DNA of 64,000 nt. Origin: Candidatus Latescibacterota bacterium (GTDB lineage: Bacteria; Latescibacterota; UBA2968; UBA8231). The position numbers and the translations under genes were made by a program. Shown piece after piece: positions 1-9,935 of this stretch. The stretch is from positions 3,488,001-3,552,000 of the forward strand of contig CBDETY010000003.1 of assembly GCA_965243025.1 (NCBI GenBank), in the 5' to 3' direction. How positions within the stretch are numbered: the stretch's first letter is position 1; every line of letters begins with the position of its first letter. The notes below the pieces were generated by a model. It saw only the letters and a program-made list of their open reading frames with translations, was not told the origin of the DNA and did not search any database.

Positions 1-250
1 AATCGAGGTCGGTGCGCTTGTGGCCCTCGGCGGGCTGCACCTCCCTGTTGGCCCTGGCGGCGACAGTGGAGACGCAGACGGCCACGCCCCCGCGGCGCAT
101 TTGCGGCAGGCTGGCGTTGGCGCAGCCGCGGCCGAACCCGGACATGTGGAATTCGCGCCGGTTGATCCGGGAGGTGGTCTCGGTTATGTCCCGGTTCCAG
201 GCTAGGGCGAAGAGCGCGAGGTCGAGGTGGCCGTCGAACAGCAGCTTCAT
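1..250 (-). CDS. Membrane dipeptidase (peptidase M19 / amidohydrolase family), 5' part only; runs off the window edge
   Basis: Not in the ORF track. Manual translation from ATG at 250 gives MKLLFDGHLDLALFALAWNRDIT...SLPQMRRGGVAVCVST, which has the N-terminal DxHxD metal motif and the LPxMRxGGV segment of M19 dipeptidases. The frame is open to position 2. Confidence 0.75.
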   Translation of the reverse strand, partial: MKLLFDGHLDLALFALAWNRDITETTSRINRREFHMSGFGRGCANASLPQMRRGGVAVCVSTVAARANREVQPAEGHKRTDLD

Positions 251-412
251 GGTCGCCGAATATGGCGGATCGGGGCCCCCCGTCAAATCCCTTTCTCCCG
301 TTGCCGGACGCCCCGATCCGGCGACCGGGAGGCGACCGTTCCGGGCGCGAAGTATCCCTTGACGGAAGGGGCATTTCGCCCTATATCACTTGGCAGCCGG
401 ACTGCGTTCCGC

Positions 413-3046
413 ATGTCGATCAATTCCCGTAACATACTGTTATTCATACAATTATCATTGGCCGCGACCATGCTCCCCAAGGTCGCGGAGGGGCAGTTTC
501 CGCCCGCCCACCGCGAGGTGGCCGAAGTCGGCATCTACGGCCCGGAAAGCCACGCCGGAGCCATGGCTCCAACCCTCAGGAAGTGGCTTCTCCCGCAAAG
601 CCTCTACTACGAGTACCGCTGGCGGAGCTGGGATTACTCCAATTTCGCCAACGTTCCCTACCTCAACTACGTCAGCTCCGAGATCAACGGAGCGAGGCAG
701 TACAACCCGTTCGGAGTGTACATCTCCCGGGGCTGGCGCATTTTCGACTGGACCGAAAACAACCCGCTGCCGGCAGGCAGCAGGATCTTCAAGTCGACGG
801 AGTACCGCTCCTGGTTCAGCAACCTCGTCGTCTCGTCGGCCCACAAGGGCCAGTTCCACACCTCCTTCACGGTCAGCGACGGCATCCGCACCACGTTGAC
901 CCCGCTGACGTTCTCGAAGCCGGTTTTCAACGGCATGCAGTGGGATTTCCAGACCGACAAGTACGGCTTCACGGTTATCAGCTCCCGCGCCAGCGCGCCC
1001 GCCGACGCCGTCAGCAGGACCGACGTCAGCGTGCGCAACTCCACCCGGATCCTGGCGGGAAGGGGCGTCGCCCAGGTCGGCGATTTCGCGTCTCTCGGCC
1101 TCACCTACGTGAACGCCCACCACGCCGACAACGACGTCAGCCTCGACGACAACTCGCTCAAAGGAGTCCTGACCGAGTCGCAGAACACCGGCAACATCGA
1201 AACCATCGTGATCCGGATTGTCGACGATTCCCCCGAGACGCCCGAATCGGGTGCGGTCCTTTTCCTCGAGCGGGTGCTGGTCGACGGCGCCGTTCAGGAT
1301 ATCGATCCGCTGGTCGAAGGCGGGATCCGCGAGGACGGCGTCCTCAAGGCGAGGGGAACCGACGCGGTCCTGCTGACCTACGACATCCGCAACAAATTCC
1401 GGGCGACCGATGAGACCCCCAGCTTCCGCGACGCGAAAAAGCTGGAATTCGAGCTGATCATGGCCAACGACTACCGCGTCGAGGTCAGCTCCAACAAGCA
1501 GCTCGACAGACTGGGCGAGAACATCTTTCTGCCGGTATTCCAGGCCCGCGGCAACATCGTCGACGGCTCCAACCAGCGGTTCCTCCGGTTCGAGTACGGC
1601 CTGCCGACGGCCAACGAAGTGATGGGCATGGATTTCGAACTGACCAACGTGCGCGGAGTCGACCTGCGCGCCGAATACGCCCTCAACCGCCGTTTCAGCC
1701 GCTACCCGAACCAGAACTTCCGCAAACTCGATTCCATAGAAGAAAAAGGTCAGGCGGCTTACGCTACGGCCTCTTGGGCCTACTCCCCCTGGTTCGCCTA
1801 CGGGGAAGTCTTCTCCATCGATCCAGACTACAACACCTCGGCCTTCATCACCAACGCCAACGGGGGCATCGACTACAGCGCGGATACCCGCCACCGCTTC
1901 GAATTCGTCGACGACAACGACGACCAGGACCGCTTCGCCGACTGGACCCGCGCCGGTCAGTCGGGACAGACCATGTTCGTGGGCGACATCGGGGCGGTCA
2001 ACGGCACGGACTCCGAGATATTCCCCGGCCTCGACGAGAACAACGACTTCGTTTCCGACTTCAACCAGAACCGGAACCTGGAACCGGATTACGTCGAACC
2101 GTTCCTTCGTTACGGAGTCGACGCCCCTGAATTCCTGTTCGGCGTCGACATGAACAACAACACCATCGTCGACCGCTTCGAGGACGACGATCTTCCCGAC
2201 TACCCGTTCGAGCGGGACCGCAAAGGATACAACGTGTACGGCGGTCTCGCGCTGCTCAAAAACCTCAACGCCACGGTCGGACGGCTGTTTCAGGAGCAGC
2301 AGACCAGCGGGCGCCGCAACCGGACTCAATACGGGATGCTGACCGGCCGCTGGCGCTACCCCGGGTTCCAGTTCTCCCTGTTCGAGTACGCCAGGAGCGC
2401 CAGGGACAACATCGCCGAGGACCGCCTTCGCTGGACCGATCCGGAGGGCCTGTCGCGGTTCAGCGATCCCCTCGACGCTCAGGATACGTTCATCAACAAC
2501 CTGTATCTCGACGCCAGGTACCTGGGCATTCCGAGGACGAACCTTTCGACCAGGCTGAAATGGGACTTCTACCGGCAGCGCGGGGAGCAGGCCGACCTCA
2601 AGCGCAACCGCTCCTTCTTCGGCTGGGTCCACAAGGCGGACTACGAGTTCAACTGGGGCGGGAGCCTGACTTTCTATCCCAAGTGGAAAAGCACTTTCAG
2701 GCGCGAGGTGTCCAGCCGCGCCGGTCTGCCACTGAAGCGGGATATTCAGGAGACGGTTTTCCTGATAACCCGCTACTCGATACTTCCCGAGACCTGGCTC
2801 GACTTCGGCCTGGAGTTCAGCGTTTTCGAAAACCTCGAAGGAGTTCCGGAAATCCCCCAGAGCGGTGTCACCGACGACTTCCGCAGCCTGGTCCTGGCCT
2901 GCCTGTTCTCCAATTCTTCCGCCTACCTCGGATACAAGCTCACTCTCAATGCAGGGTTGCAATGGGAGCGACAGAGCTTCAAAGAGGAAACGATAAGCGA
3001 GTCGATCGCCCTGGTCCGCATCTACGCCGCCACCGGCGAGATATAG
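413..3046 (+). CDS. Large secreted/outer-membrane hypothetical protein with Asp/Asn-rich Ca-binding-like loops
   Basis: ORF 227..3046. The likely start is ATG 413 (MSINSRNILLFIQLSLAATMLPKVAEG-Q, signal-like), because the longer start overlaps the divergent dipeptidase gene. It has aromatic-rich alternating beta-strand patterns and the motifs DDNDDQD, DENNDFVSD and DMNNNTIVD. Confidence 0.75.
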   Translation: MSINSRNILLFIQLSLAATMLPKVAEGQFPPAHREVAEVGIYGPESHAGAMAPTLRKWLLPQSLYYEYRWRSWDYSNFANVPYLNYVSSEINGARQYNPFGVYISRGWRIFDWTENNPLPAGSRIFKSTEYRSWFSNLVVSSAHKGQFHTSFTVSDGIRTTLTPLTFSKPVFNGMQWDFQTDKYGFTVISSRASAPADAVSRTDVSVRNSTRILAGRGVAQVGDFASLGLTYVNAHHADNDVSLDDNSLKGVLTESQNTGNIETIVIRIVDDSPETPESGAVLFLERVLVDGAVQDIDPLVEGGIREDGVLKARGTDAVLLTYDIRNKFRATDETPSFRDAKKLEFELIMANDYRVEVSSNKQLDRLGENIFLPVFQARGNIVDGSNQRFLRFEYGLPTANEVMGMDFELTNVRGVDLRAEYALNRRFSRYPNQNFRKLDSIEEKGQAAYATASWAYSPWFAYGEVFSIDPDYNTSAFITNANGGIDYSADTRHRFEFVDDNDDQDRFADWTRAGQSGQTMFVGDIGAVNGTDSEIFPGLDENNDFVSDFNQNRNLEPDYVEPFLRYGVDAPEFLFGVDMNNNTIVDRFEDDDLPDYPFERDRKGYNVYGGLALLKNLNATVGRLFQEQQTSGRRNRTQYGMLTGRWRYPGFQFSLFEYARSARDNIAEDRLRWTDPEGLSRFSDPLDAQDTFINNLYLDARYLGIPRTNLSTRLKWDFYRQRGEQADLKRNRSFFGWVHKADYEFNWGGSLTFYPKWKSTFRREVSSRAGLPLKRDIQETVFLITRYSILPETWLDFGLEFSVFENLEGVPEIPQSGVTDDFRSLVLACLFSNSSAYLGYKLTLNAGLQWERQSFKEETISESIALVRIYAATGEI

Positions 3047-3097
3047 CAGCGCCGGTGGGTCTCTCCTCCTGACTCACCTTGCTTCCGAACTCCACCT

Positions 3098-3128
3098 GGC
3101 GTGCCAATTGAGCACGCCGTTTCTGTTT
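3098..3128 (+). terminator. Possible intrinsic terminator between convergent genes
   Basis: GGCGTGC-caattga-GCACGCC hairpin followed by gtttctgttt. Confidence 0.35.
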
Positions 3129-3153
3129 CAGAAAACGGATGGAGGGTGGCCGT

Positions 3154-4278
3154 TTACCCTGCCAGGTGGTGCCTGAGCCGCCCGATGACCGTGTCGACCT
3201 CGTCTTCTATCAGGTGCGCCACGGCAACGCGGATGCGCGCACCGTACCGGCGCGTCCAGATGCCCGGGTCCTCCCCTTTCAGCGCCGCTACGACCTCGCC
3301 GGCCGTCTTCCCGAGGGCCTGCTCGTCGAGGGTCACCAGGACGCCGTTGCTGAGGCTGTTCTCCTCCACGTGGCGCGCCGCTTCGATATGGGAAACCCCG
3401 TCGAGACCGTCGATGATGCGATCCGCCCTGACCCAGTGCTCGGCGATGCGGGCTTCGTGGTCCATGGCCAACCATTCCCTGAGCGCCACGATAACCGCGA
3501 CGATTTCCTGGCGGTCGAGCTTCAGGGGACGCCCCAGAGTTTCGTAGTCGCTGGTCTCGAAGCCGATGAAACTGTGCAGGAAAGCTGCTTCGAGAAGCTC
3601 CCGGGGACCGCACAGGATGCCGGTGGAATTGGGGGCACCGATGTACTTGGCGCCGAAACCGGCGAGGCCGCCGGAGGAGGCAAGACCTCGCATGGTCTCG
3701 AGGGGGTAGACCTGGTAGGCGGCGTCGACCGTGACCGGCAGTTCCCTCGGGGCGGCCACGGAGATGATCCCCTCGAGGTCGAGAATAGAGTCGTCCTCGT
3801 CACCCGAGGCGAAGTAATGGATCGCCGCGGTGTTTCCGCTGACCGCGCCCTCCAGCTGGGCCGTCGAGGTGCCGGTTTCGTCTCCGGCGTCGACGAGCAC
3901 CCCGCCGAAGATGGTCAGGCAGCGCTGGTAGTGGTAGTGCTGCCGCGCCTGCAGCAGGAACTCGTTCGGGATGCCGGTGGTGTCGGGCAGCTGCTCCATC
4001 CGGCCGGGATTCCCGGCCGACATGCAGGCCGCCGACGCCAGGGCCAGCGCCGCCCCGCAGCCAGGGGTCACCATCGCCGCCTCACAGCCGAGCAGGCCGG
4101 CAATCTCCTCCCCGGTGCCAAGAAGCAGCCTTTCCATCTCGACGTAGTGGCGATTGGCCGCCGCCATCGCCTCCTGCACCGCCGGTGAGAGGCGCGACCC
4201 GCCGAGAACCGTCTGGTAGCCGGCGGCGTTGATAACCGGGGTTGCCCCGAGGCGGCGATAGAGTTGAGCCGGATTCAT
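3154..4278 (-). CDS. SelA-like PLP-dependent enzyme (DgaE / D-glucosaminate-6-phosphate ammonia-lyase-like family)
   Basis: Start at ATG 4278 (MNPAQLYRRLGATPVINAAGYQTVLGGS). Motifs include VTPGCGAAL, VDAA, the PLP lysine in FGAKYIGAPNSTGIL, and LGRPLKLDRQEIV. At about 374 aa it is shorter than bacterial SelA. Confidence 0.8.
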   Translation of the reverse strand: MNPAQLYRRLGATPVINAAGYQTVLGGSRLSPAVQEAMAAANRHYVEMERLLLGTGEEIAGLLGCEAAMVTPGCGAALALASAACMSAGNPGRMEQLPDTTGIPNEFLLQARQHYHYQRCLTIFGGVLVDAGDETGTSTAQLEGAVSGNTAAIHYFASGDEDDSILDLEGIISVAAPRELPVTVDAAYQVYPLETMRGLASSGGLAGFGAKYIGAPNSTGILCGPRELLEAAFLHSFIGFETSDYETLGRPLKLDRQEIVAVIVALREWLAMDHEARIAEHWVRADRIIDGLDGVSHIEAARHVEENSLSNGVLVTLDEQALGKTAGEVVAALKGEDPGIWTRRYGARIRVAVAHLIEDEVDTVIGRLRHHLAG

Positions 4279-4694
4279 CCTGATCTCCTGGTGTGTGCAG
4301 GTAGTGTGCTGTCCGGGAACCGGGTACCCGATTGGGGGGGCAGCGAACCCCGGTCTGCACGCCCCCGGGAGTCTTCCGGGAGGCGGGCAGGCGGGAAGAG
4401 GCCAACGCCCCGGGAGGAAGAGCAACGCCCGGGCAGCGGATTCCCTGCGAAACGTCGCCACTGCCCGGGAAAACGGTCAAATCGTCCCTTCGACGATAAG
4501 CCCGGAGTTTGCAATGATGGTTATCTTTGTGCCGCTCAGCGGGCAGGCTGTCCGAAGGCGGTAGCCCCCGGTTGCCGGGATCGGTCTCATGACGACGACG
4601 ATCCGAAGCCGGACACCCGCCGATCACACCCCGCTTCTTCCCGGCTTCGACTGGAAATCACTGACATGCCCCCAGCGACTGCCCCGGGCCCGGC

Positions 4695-6632
4695 ATGAGC
4701 TCGCGTGGCGCCGCCCAGGGAGCCCTGACACCCCGCTCCCTCTTTATCGGCCTGGTCCTCGCCCTCGGCTGCGGTGTTGCCGGCCCCTTTTTCACTCTCT
4801 ACATACAGGGCTCCAACACCGGGGGTGGCTTCTACACCAATCCGCTTGCCCACTTCCTGCTGTTCGTGATGGCCGGTCTCCTCAACATCCTGGTCGGCTC
4901 CGTCCGCCGCTCCTGGGCCCTCGGACGGGGGGAGCTGGTAACCATCTACATCCTGATGACCCTTGGAAACCAGGCAGTCAGCATGGGTCACTACTGGGTG
5001 CCGATCCTGTCGGGGCCCTACTACTACGCCACCCCGGAAAACAACTGGGAAGAGCTCATTCACCCGCACCTGGCCGACTGGCTCGCCCCCTACCGGATGG
5101 ATTCCCTGCGCGGCTTCTTCGAGGGCTCCAGGGGACAGGCCGCCGTGGCGCAGTGGACGGCCTGGATCCGGCCGCTCCTCCACTGGTTCCCGATGCTGCT
5201 TGCGCTCCAGGCCGCCTCACTCTGCCTGATGGTGATCCTGCGGCGGCAGTGGGTCGAGCGCGAACGCATCATATACCCGCTGGTCCACGTCTCCCAGGCG
5301 ATGATTCAGGACGACCCGCGGCGGTCGCTGGTAAAGCCGTTCTTCCGCAATCCCATGATGTGGCTGGGCTTCGCAATCCCCGCGGTCATCGGCACGCTGC
5401 AGGGTCTTCACGCCTACTTCCCGTTCTTCCCGGAAATACAGCTGCGCACCTCGGTGCAGGTGTACCACGGAGTCCACCTGCCCCTGATTCTCAGCGTCGT
5501 CGCCATCGGGTTCTTTTTCCTCATCAAGCTGGAGGTGGCCTTCAGCCTGTGGATTTTCACCCTGCTGAACATCGTCCAGGAAGGGATCTACACGAACCTC
5601 GGATTCGCCGACAGCAGGGAGCCGGCCCTCAGCGTCTGGAACTACGGGCTGCCGAGTCTGGTGCACCAGAGCATGGGGGCGATGATCCTGCTCGTCTTCG
5701 GGGGTCTGTGGGTCTCCCGCGAGCATCTGTGGAACGTCGCCCGCAAGGCGTTCGCAGGGGCTCCGGACGTCGACGACAGCGACGAGATCATCTCCTACCG
5801 AGGCGCGGTTCTCGGCCTGATCGTCAGTACAGCGGCAATGGCCTTCTGGCTGTGGCGCTCCGGCATGCCTCCACTCGGGGTCCTGTCCCTGCTGTTCTTC
5901 GCTTTCGTCGTCTACGTGGCCCTGACGCGGGTGATTGCCGAGGGGGGAGTGGCCATGCTATACGCTCCCCTCGTGCCTGTCGATGCGGCGCTGTCGGCCA
6001 TCGGCACCGCCCAGTACGGGGCATCGGGAATCGTCGGTCTGGCGGTAGCCCGCATCTGGGCCAACGACATCTTCAATTTCGCCATGCCCCACTGCGCCAA
6101 CGGGCTCAAGCTGAGCGAGGAGATCGCAGGCCGCAAGCGCCCCCTGTTCTGGAGCATGCTCGCTGCCATCCTGATCGGCCTCGTCGGCTGTTCGGCGATG
6201 GTGCTCTTTCTCGGGTATACATACGGGGCCATCAACATGAGCCGCCCGCACTTCATCTGGCTGACCAACTATGTCTACGACTTCGCCGCCGCCCGTATCG
6301 AAACACCTTCCGGTGCGGACTTGCCCGGCTGGCTGCACACCGGAGCAGGCGGCCTTGTCATGGGTCTGATGATGGCGGCGCAGCGGCTCTGGGCATGGTG
6401 GCCCCTGCACCCGATCGGCTATCCGGTCAGCTCGGTCTTTTCCTGGATGGGGTTCAACGCCTTCCTCGCCTGGCTCCTCAAGAGCCTCGTACTGAAGTAC
6501 GGCGGGCCGAATGCCTACGGAACAATCCGGCCGCTTTTCCTCGGCATGATAATCGGGCAGTTCGCCATGTACGGGCTGTTCTGGATCCTCGACCCGATCA
6601 CGGGAATGGTGGGCAACCGCCTGATGCAGTGA
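4695..6632 (+). CDS. Polytopic inner-membrane protein, DUF6785/DUF6784-like (putative transporter)
   Basis: 645 aa with many hydrophobic helices. Characteristic segments are LRRQWVERERIIYPL, TRVIAEGG, WWPLHPIGY, LKYGG and RPLFLGMIIG. Confidence 0.75.
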   Translation: MSSRGAAQGALTPRSLFIGLVLALGCGVAGPFFTLYIQGSNTGGGFYTNPLAHFLLFVMAGLLNILVGSVRRSWALGRGELVTIYILMTLGNQAVSMGHYWVPILSGPYYYATPENNWEELIHPHLADWLAPYRMDSLRGFFEGSRGQAAVAQWTAWIRPLLHWFPMLLALQAASLCLMVILRRQWVERERIIYPLVHVSQAMIQDDPRRSLVKPFFRNPMMWLGFAIPAVIGTLQGLHAYFPFFPEIQLRTSVQVYHGVHLPLILSVVAIGFFFLIKLEVAFSLWIFTLLNIVQEGIYTNLGFADSREPALSVWNYGLPSLVHQSMGAMILLVFGGLWVSREHLWNVARKAFAGAPDVDDSDEIISYRGAVLGLIVSTAAMAFWLWRSGMPPLGVLSLLFFAFVVYVALTRVIAEGGVAMLYAPLVPVDAALSAIGTAQYGASGIVGLAVARIWANDIFNFAMPHCANGLKLSEEIAGRKRPLFWSMLAAILIGLVGCSAMVLFLGYTYGAINMSRPHFIWLTNYVYDFAAARIETPSGADLPGWLHTGAGGLVMGLMMAAQRLWAWWPLHPIGYPVSSVFSWMGFNAFLAWLLKSLVLKYGGPNAYGTIRPLFLGMIIGQFAMYGLFWILDPITGMVGNRLMQ

Positions 6633-6643
6633 GGGAAGCCGGC

Positions 6644-7855
6644 CTACTCGAGGCCGATGGAGCCGTCCGCCTCGACGACGACTGGCCGGTCCCAGGCCTT
6701 CGGCGGGTGATCCCCGGCGGCTTCCTCGTTGAACTCCAACCCGATGCCGGGGGCTCCCGTCATCTCGATCCATCCGCCTGTAACGCCCGGCATTCCGGAG
6801 AACAGATCCCGGTTCAGCGGGGAGCCGACATCGGTGTTCACTTCCTGGATCAGGAAGTTCGCCACCGACATGTCGATATGCGCGCAGGCGCACAGCGCCA
6901 CCGGGCTGCCGGCGTGGTGAGGGGCCAGCACCACGTGGTAGAGCTCGGCTACCGCCGCGCGTTTGACGGTCTCGAGGATGCCGCCGCATGCCGTCGGCTC
7001 GAGCTGCAGAATGTCGACGGCCCGTTTCTCGATCACCGACTTGAACAGGTCGCGGTGCACCACGCGCTCCCCGCCTGCGATCGGAATGGCGGTCTGTCCC
7101 TTGATCTGCACCAGGGAATCCGGGTTCTCGGTCAGCGCCGGCTCCTCGAGAAAGAACGGGTGGTACGGCTCGATCTCCCTGGCGAGGCGAATCGCCTCGG
7201 CGGGAGAAAAGCTGCGGCCGTGGTAGTCGAGGCAGATCTCGATGTCGTCGCCGACCGACTCCCGTACCCCGCGAACCCGGTCCACCATGGCGGCGAGCTC
7301 GCGGTGGGACGATCTCTGCTCCCCGTGGTGCCACGTCGGCCTGGGGGGATCGTAGGTGTACTCCTCTTCCTGGGGGCTGAACTTCAGCGCCGGCCATCCG
7401 GCGTCGACGACGGCCTGCACCCGTTCATGGAAGGTGCCGTAGTTCCCCGCGGGCCAGCAGCCGCCGCTTGCGTACCCGCGAACGCGGTCCCGGCTCGGTC
7501 CCCCGAGCATCTTGTAAACCGGAAGCCCGCAGTCCTTGCCGGCGATGTCCCAGAGCGCCTGCTCCACCGCGCTCAACGCCGCGAGCTCGGCAGTTCCGAG
7601 GGGGTAGCGCAAGCCGCGGTAGATCGCCTGCCAGTGGTGGAGAACCCTGGTCGGGTCTTCTCCGATCAGCCAGCGCCTGTACTTGCGCACGCACCCCTCG
7701 ATCGGCTCGTCGAGGCTGTGGAAAGCTTCGCCGACGCCCGTTATCCCGCGGTCTGTGTGGACCGTCAGGAGCACGTAGTTCGCCGTGTTTCCCAGGCCGA
7801 ACTCGACTTTGCCGCCCTTGTTGATGATATACAGCTTTACGTCCGATATCTGCAT
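6644..7855 (-). CDS. Mandelate racemase/muconate lactonizing enzyme family, galactonate dehydratase (DgoD)-like
   Basis: TDRGITGVGE, ALSAVEQALWDIAGK, LDYHGR, FLEEP, IAGGER, LAPH, IQE and PGIGLE. Confidence 0.85.
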   Translation of the reverse strand: MQISDVKLYIINKGGKVEFGLGNTANYVLLTVHTDRGITGVGEAFHSLDEPIEGCVRKYRRWLIGEDPTRVLHHWQAIYRGLRYPLGTAELAALSAVEQALWDIAGKDCGLPVYKMLGGPSRDRVRGYASGGCWPAGNYGTFHERVQAVVDAGWPALKFSPQEEEYTYDPPRPTWHHGEQRSSHRELAAMVDRVRGVRESVGDDIEICLDYHGRSFSPAEAIRLAREIEPYHPFFLEEPALTENPDSLVQIKGQTAIPIAGGERVVHRDLFKSVIEKRAVDILQLEPTACGGILETVKRAAVAELYHVVLAPHHAGSPVALCACAHIDMSVANFLIQEVNTDVGSPLNRDLFSGMPGVTGGWIEMTGAPGIGLEFNEEAAGDHPPKAWDRPVVVEADGSIGLE

Positions 7856-7865
7856 CTTCGGTCTG

Positions 7866-8879
7866 TCACCCCGTTTCGGTTTCCTTGCGCAATATCAATG
7901 AAGCGACGGCCCGGTCACATACGGCCATGTCCGGACCGGGGCGGCGGTCCATGCCGAAACCAAGCCGGCGGAACGCCTCCATTTTCTCCTCGTCTTCGAT
8001 GCAGACGGCCGCTTCGCTTGCCCCGGCTCCCCGTTCGCTTCCCCAGCTACAGGCCCTGTCCATGAGTTCGGGCCATCCTTCCAGGTAGAGCGGGTGGATG
8101 AATCCGTCGATCCGGCAGACACCGCCCTCCGCCATCCGGGCGCTGGCCAGGCCGACGGTGCGGCCCCGGTCGCAGCGCAGCTCGAACCAAGTTCCTCCGG
8201 TGCTCAGCAGGGACTCGTACCTGGGGTACAATCCCATTACCGAGGGCTGCACCTGGTAGCGGTTCGAATGGATGCCAACGTTGGCGTCGAGAATCTTCCA
8301 GTCATGCGGCGTGTGGATGAGCGGAATCATCGCCACCCGGACCTCCGGCGATGCCGGCCGGATCTCTCCGGGCTGCCCGCCGCGAAAGTAGTCGACGAGG
8401 TATTCCTCCGGGGATTGCCCCCGGCTCAAAGCGACCATGGCGTTCGAACCGCACAACTTGCGCCAGCCGAGGCGGTGATACACCCGCGCCGCATCCGGAT
8501 TGCCGGTTCCGAGAAAGAGGGCCTCCCCCCCGTTCTCCCTGAAATCCTGCAGGGCGCGCTCGCAGGCGGCCGCCGCCATGCCCTGGCGACGGTGGCGGGT
8601 CGCGGTGGCTACCTCTCCGAGACCACCGATTTCGGGGTCGCGGCGCGCTACCGTCACGTGCGAAGTAGCCGCGGTTTCCCCGTCTGGTGAAATGCTGTAG
8701 AACAGGTCGCTGTTGAACTTCGCCTCGGCCCCGATCAGGGTGTTTTCGAGGAAGTCGTACGAGGTTTCGAAAATACCCTCCCACAATTCGACGAACTGTT
8801 CCTTCTGGCTCTCCTCGAGAGGCGGCTCGGTCCGTTCGATCCGGTGGGGGAAGTCCGAAGAGGGCGTCGATCCGGTCAT
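7866..8879 (-). CDS. GNAT-family N-acetyltransferase (probably tandem GNAT domains)
   Basis: Acetyl-CoA motif A VATATRHRRQGMA and motif B NPDAARVYHRLGW, plus a second degenerate end motif EAFRRLGF. Confidence 0.75.
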   Translation of the reverse strand: MTGSTPSSDFPHRIERTEPPLEESQKEQFVELWEGIFETSYDFLENTLIGAEAKFNSDLFYSISPDGETAATSHVTVARRDPEIGGLGEVATATRHRRQGMAAAACERALQDFRENGGEALFLGTGNPDAARVYHRLGWRKLCGSNAMVALSRGQSPEEYLVDYFRGGQPGEIRPASPEVRVAMIPLIHTPHDWKILDANVGIHSNRYQVQPSVMGLYPRYESLLSTGGTWFELRCDRGRTVGLASARMAEGGVCRIDGFIHPLYLEGWPELMDRACSWGSERGAGASEAAVCIEDEEKMEAFRRLGFGMDRRPGPDMAVCDRAVASLILRKETETG

Positions 8880-8957
8880 GGCGTGTTCGGTTTCTTGAAT
8901 TGCAGAGGAGGCCTAATGTAGGTTGTTGCCGAAAAACCGGAAAAGACAGGACGACAC

Positions 8958-9899
8958 ATGATCTATCGCACCCTTGGACGCACGGACCTCGTGGTGCCCG
9001 TCATGGGAATGGGCACTGGCGGACACAATCAACTGGGGCAGAATGCCGGCGTGCCGGAAGCGGATATTCACAGGCTTCTGCACGAGGTCTTCGACCTCGG
9101 CATCCACTACTTCGACACCTCCCCTGGTTACGGCGAAAGCGAGCTGATTCTCGGACGAGCCCTCCGCCACCTGCCCCGCGATCGCCTCGTTGTATCGACC
9201 AAGGTGGCGCTTGCCGACGATGAGGGCGCCCCTTTTTCAGGTAGCGAAGTCGTTGCCTCGGTCGAAGCCAGCCTTCAGCGGCTCCAGTTCGATTTCATCG
9301 ACCTGCTGCTGGTGACCACGCGGTATCCCCAGGCTCTCGAGGCCGCGGTCGGAGAGCACCTGCCTGCTCTGGGAAAGCTGCTGGAACAGGGGAAGATCCG
9401 GTTCATCGGCTCCAGCGAGGTGACCAGGTCGGACGACGATCACGAATGGCTGCGGGCCTTCCTGCCGACAGGACTGGCTGACGCCGCAATGGTCGGCCAC
9501 AACATGCTCAACCAGTCCGCAGAAGGGTGGGTATTGCCGTACTGTATTGAGCAGGAGATCGGCACGATAAACGTATTCACCGTCCGCAACGTGTTTTCGG
9601 ACCGCAATCGACTTGGACAGGTGGTGGCGGAACTCCGCGCCGACGGCCTGCTTGCGGAGGGTTTACCCGGTCAGCCGTTCGACCACCTGCTGGCGGACGG
9701 CGGCATACAATCCCTGCCCGAGGCCGCCTATCGCTACGCGGCGTTCACCGAGGGGATCACCACGGTGATGTGCGGGAGCATTCGACTCGAGCACATTCAG
9801 CGCAACATCGCCAGCCTGGAGAAAGGTCCCCTGCCCACCGACAGGATCGCCTGGTTGCGCCGCAGCTTCGGCCACATCGCCAGGGCGATCGGGAACTGA
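8958..9899 (+). CDS. Aldo/keto reductase
   Basis: YRTLGRTDL, MGMGT, FDTSPGYGESE, VSTK, SLQRLQFDFIDLL and GKIRFIGSS. Confidence 0.9.
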   Translation: MIYRTLGRTDLVVPVMGMGTGGHNQLGQNAGVPEADIHRLLHEVFDLGIHYFDTSPGYGESELILGRALRHLPRDRLVVSTKVALADDEGAPFSGSEVVASVEASLQRLQFDFIDLLLVTTRYPQALEAAVGEHLPALGKLLEQGKIRFIGSSEVTRSDDDHEWLRAFLPTGLADAAMVGHNMLNQSAEGWVLPYCIEQEIGTINVFTVRNVFSDRNRLGQVVAELRADGLLAEGLPGQPFDHLLADGGIQSLPEAAYRYAAFTEGITTVMCGSIRLEHIQRNIASLEKGPLPTDRIAWLRRSFGHIARAIGN

Positions 9900-9935
9900 A
9901 CCGGACAGAAAGCCCTGGGCAACCCTTCAGTCCGG

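Noticed and set aside
455-2962. Long antisense and alternate-frame ORFs (e.g. 455..2962 -, 4589..8065 +, 40903..42669 +, 44068..46830 -, 57374..60094 +)
   Set aside because: These are shadow ORFs expected in high-GC coding DNA. They overlap well-supported genes and have no family motifs.
3154-4278. Possible selenocysteine synthase selA or selenoprotein system
   Set aside because: The protein is shorter than true SelA and closer to the DgaE-like pattern. No selB, selC, selD or in-frame UGA gene was seen.
4508-4530. Bacteroidota-type promoter (TTTG ... TAnnTTTG) upstream of the DUF6785 gene
   Set aside because: TATCTTTG is present, but the spacing to the upstream TTTG is about 11 bp, too short for the known consensus.
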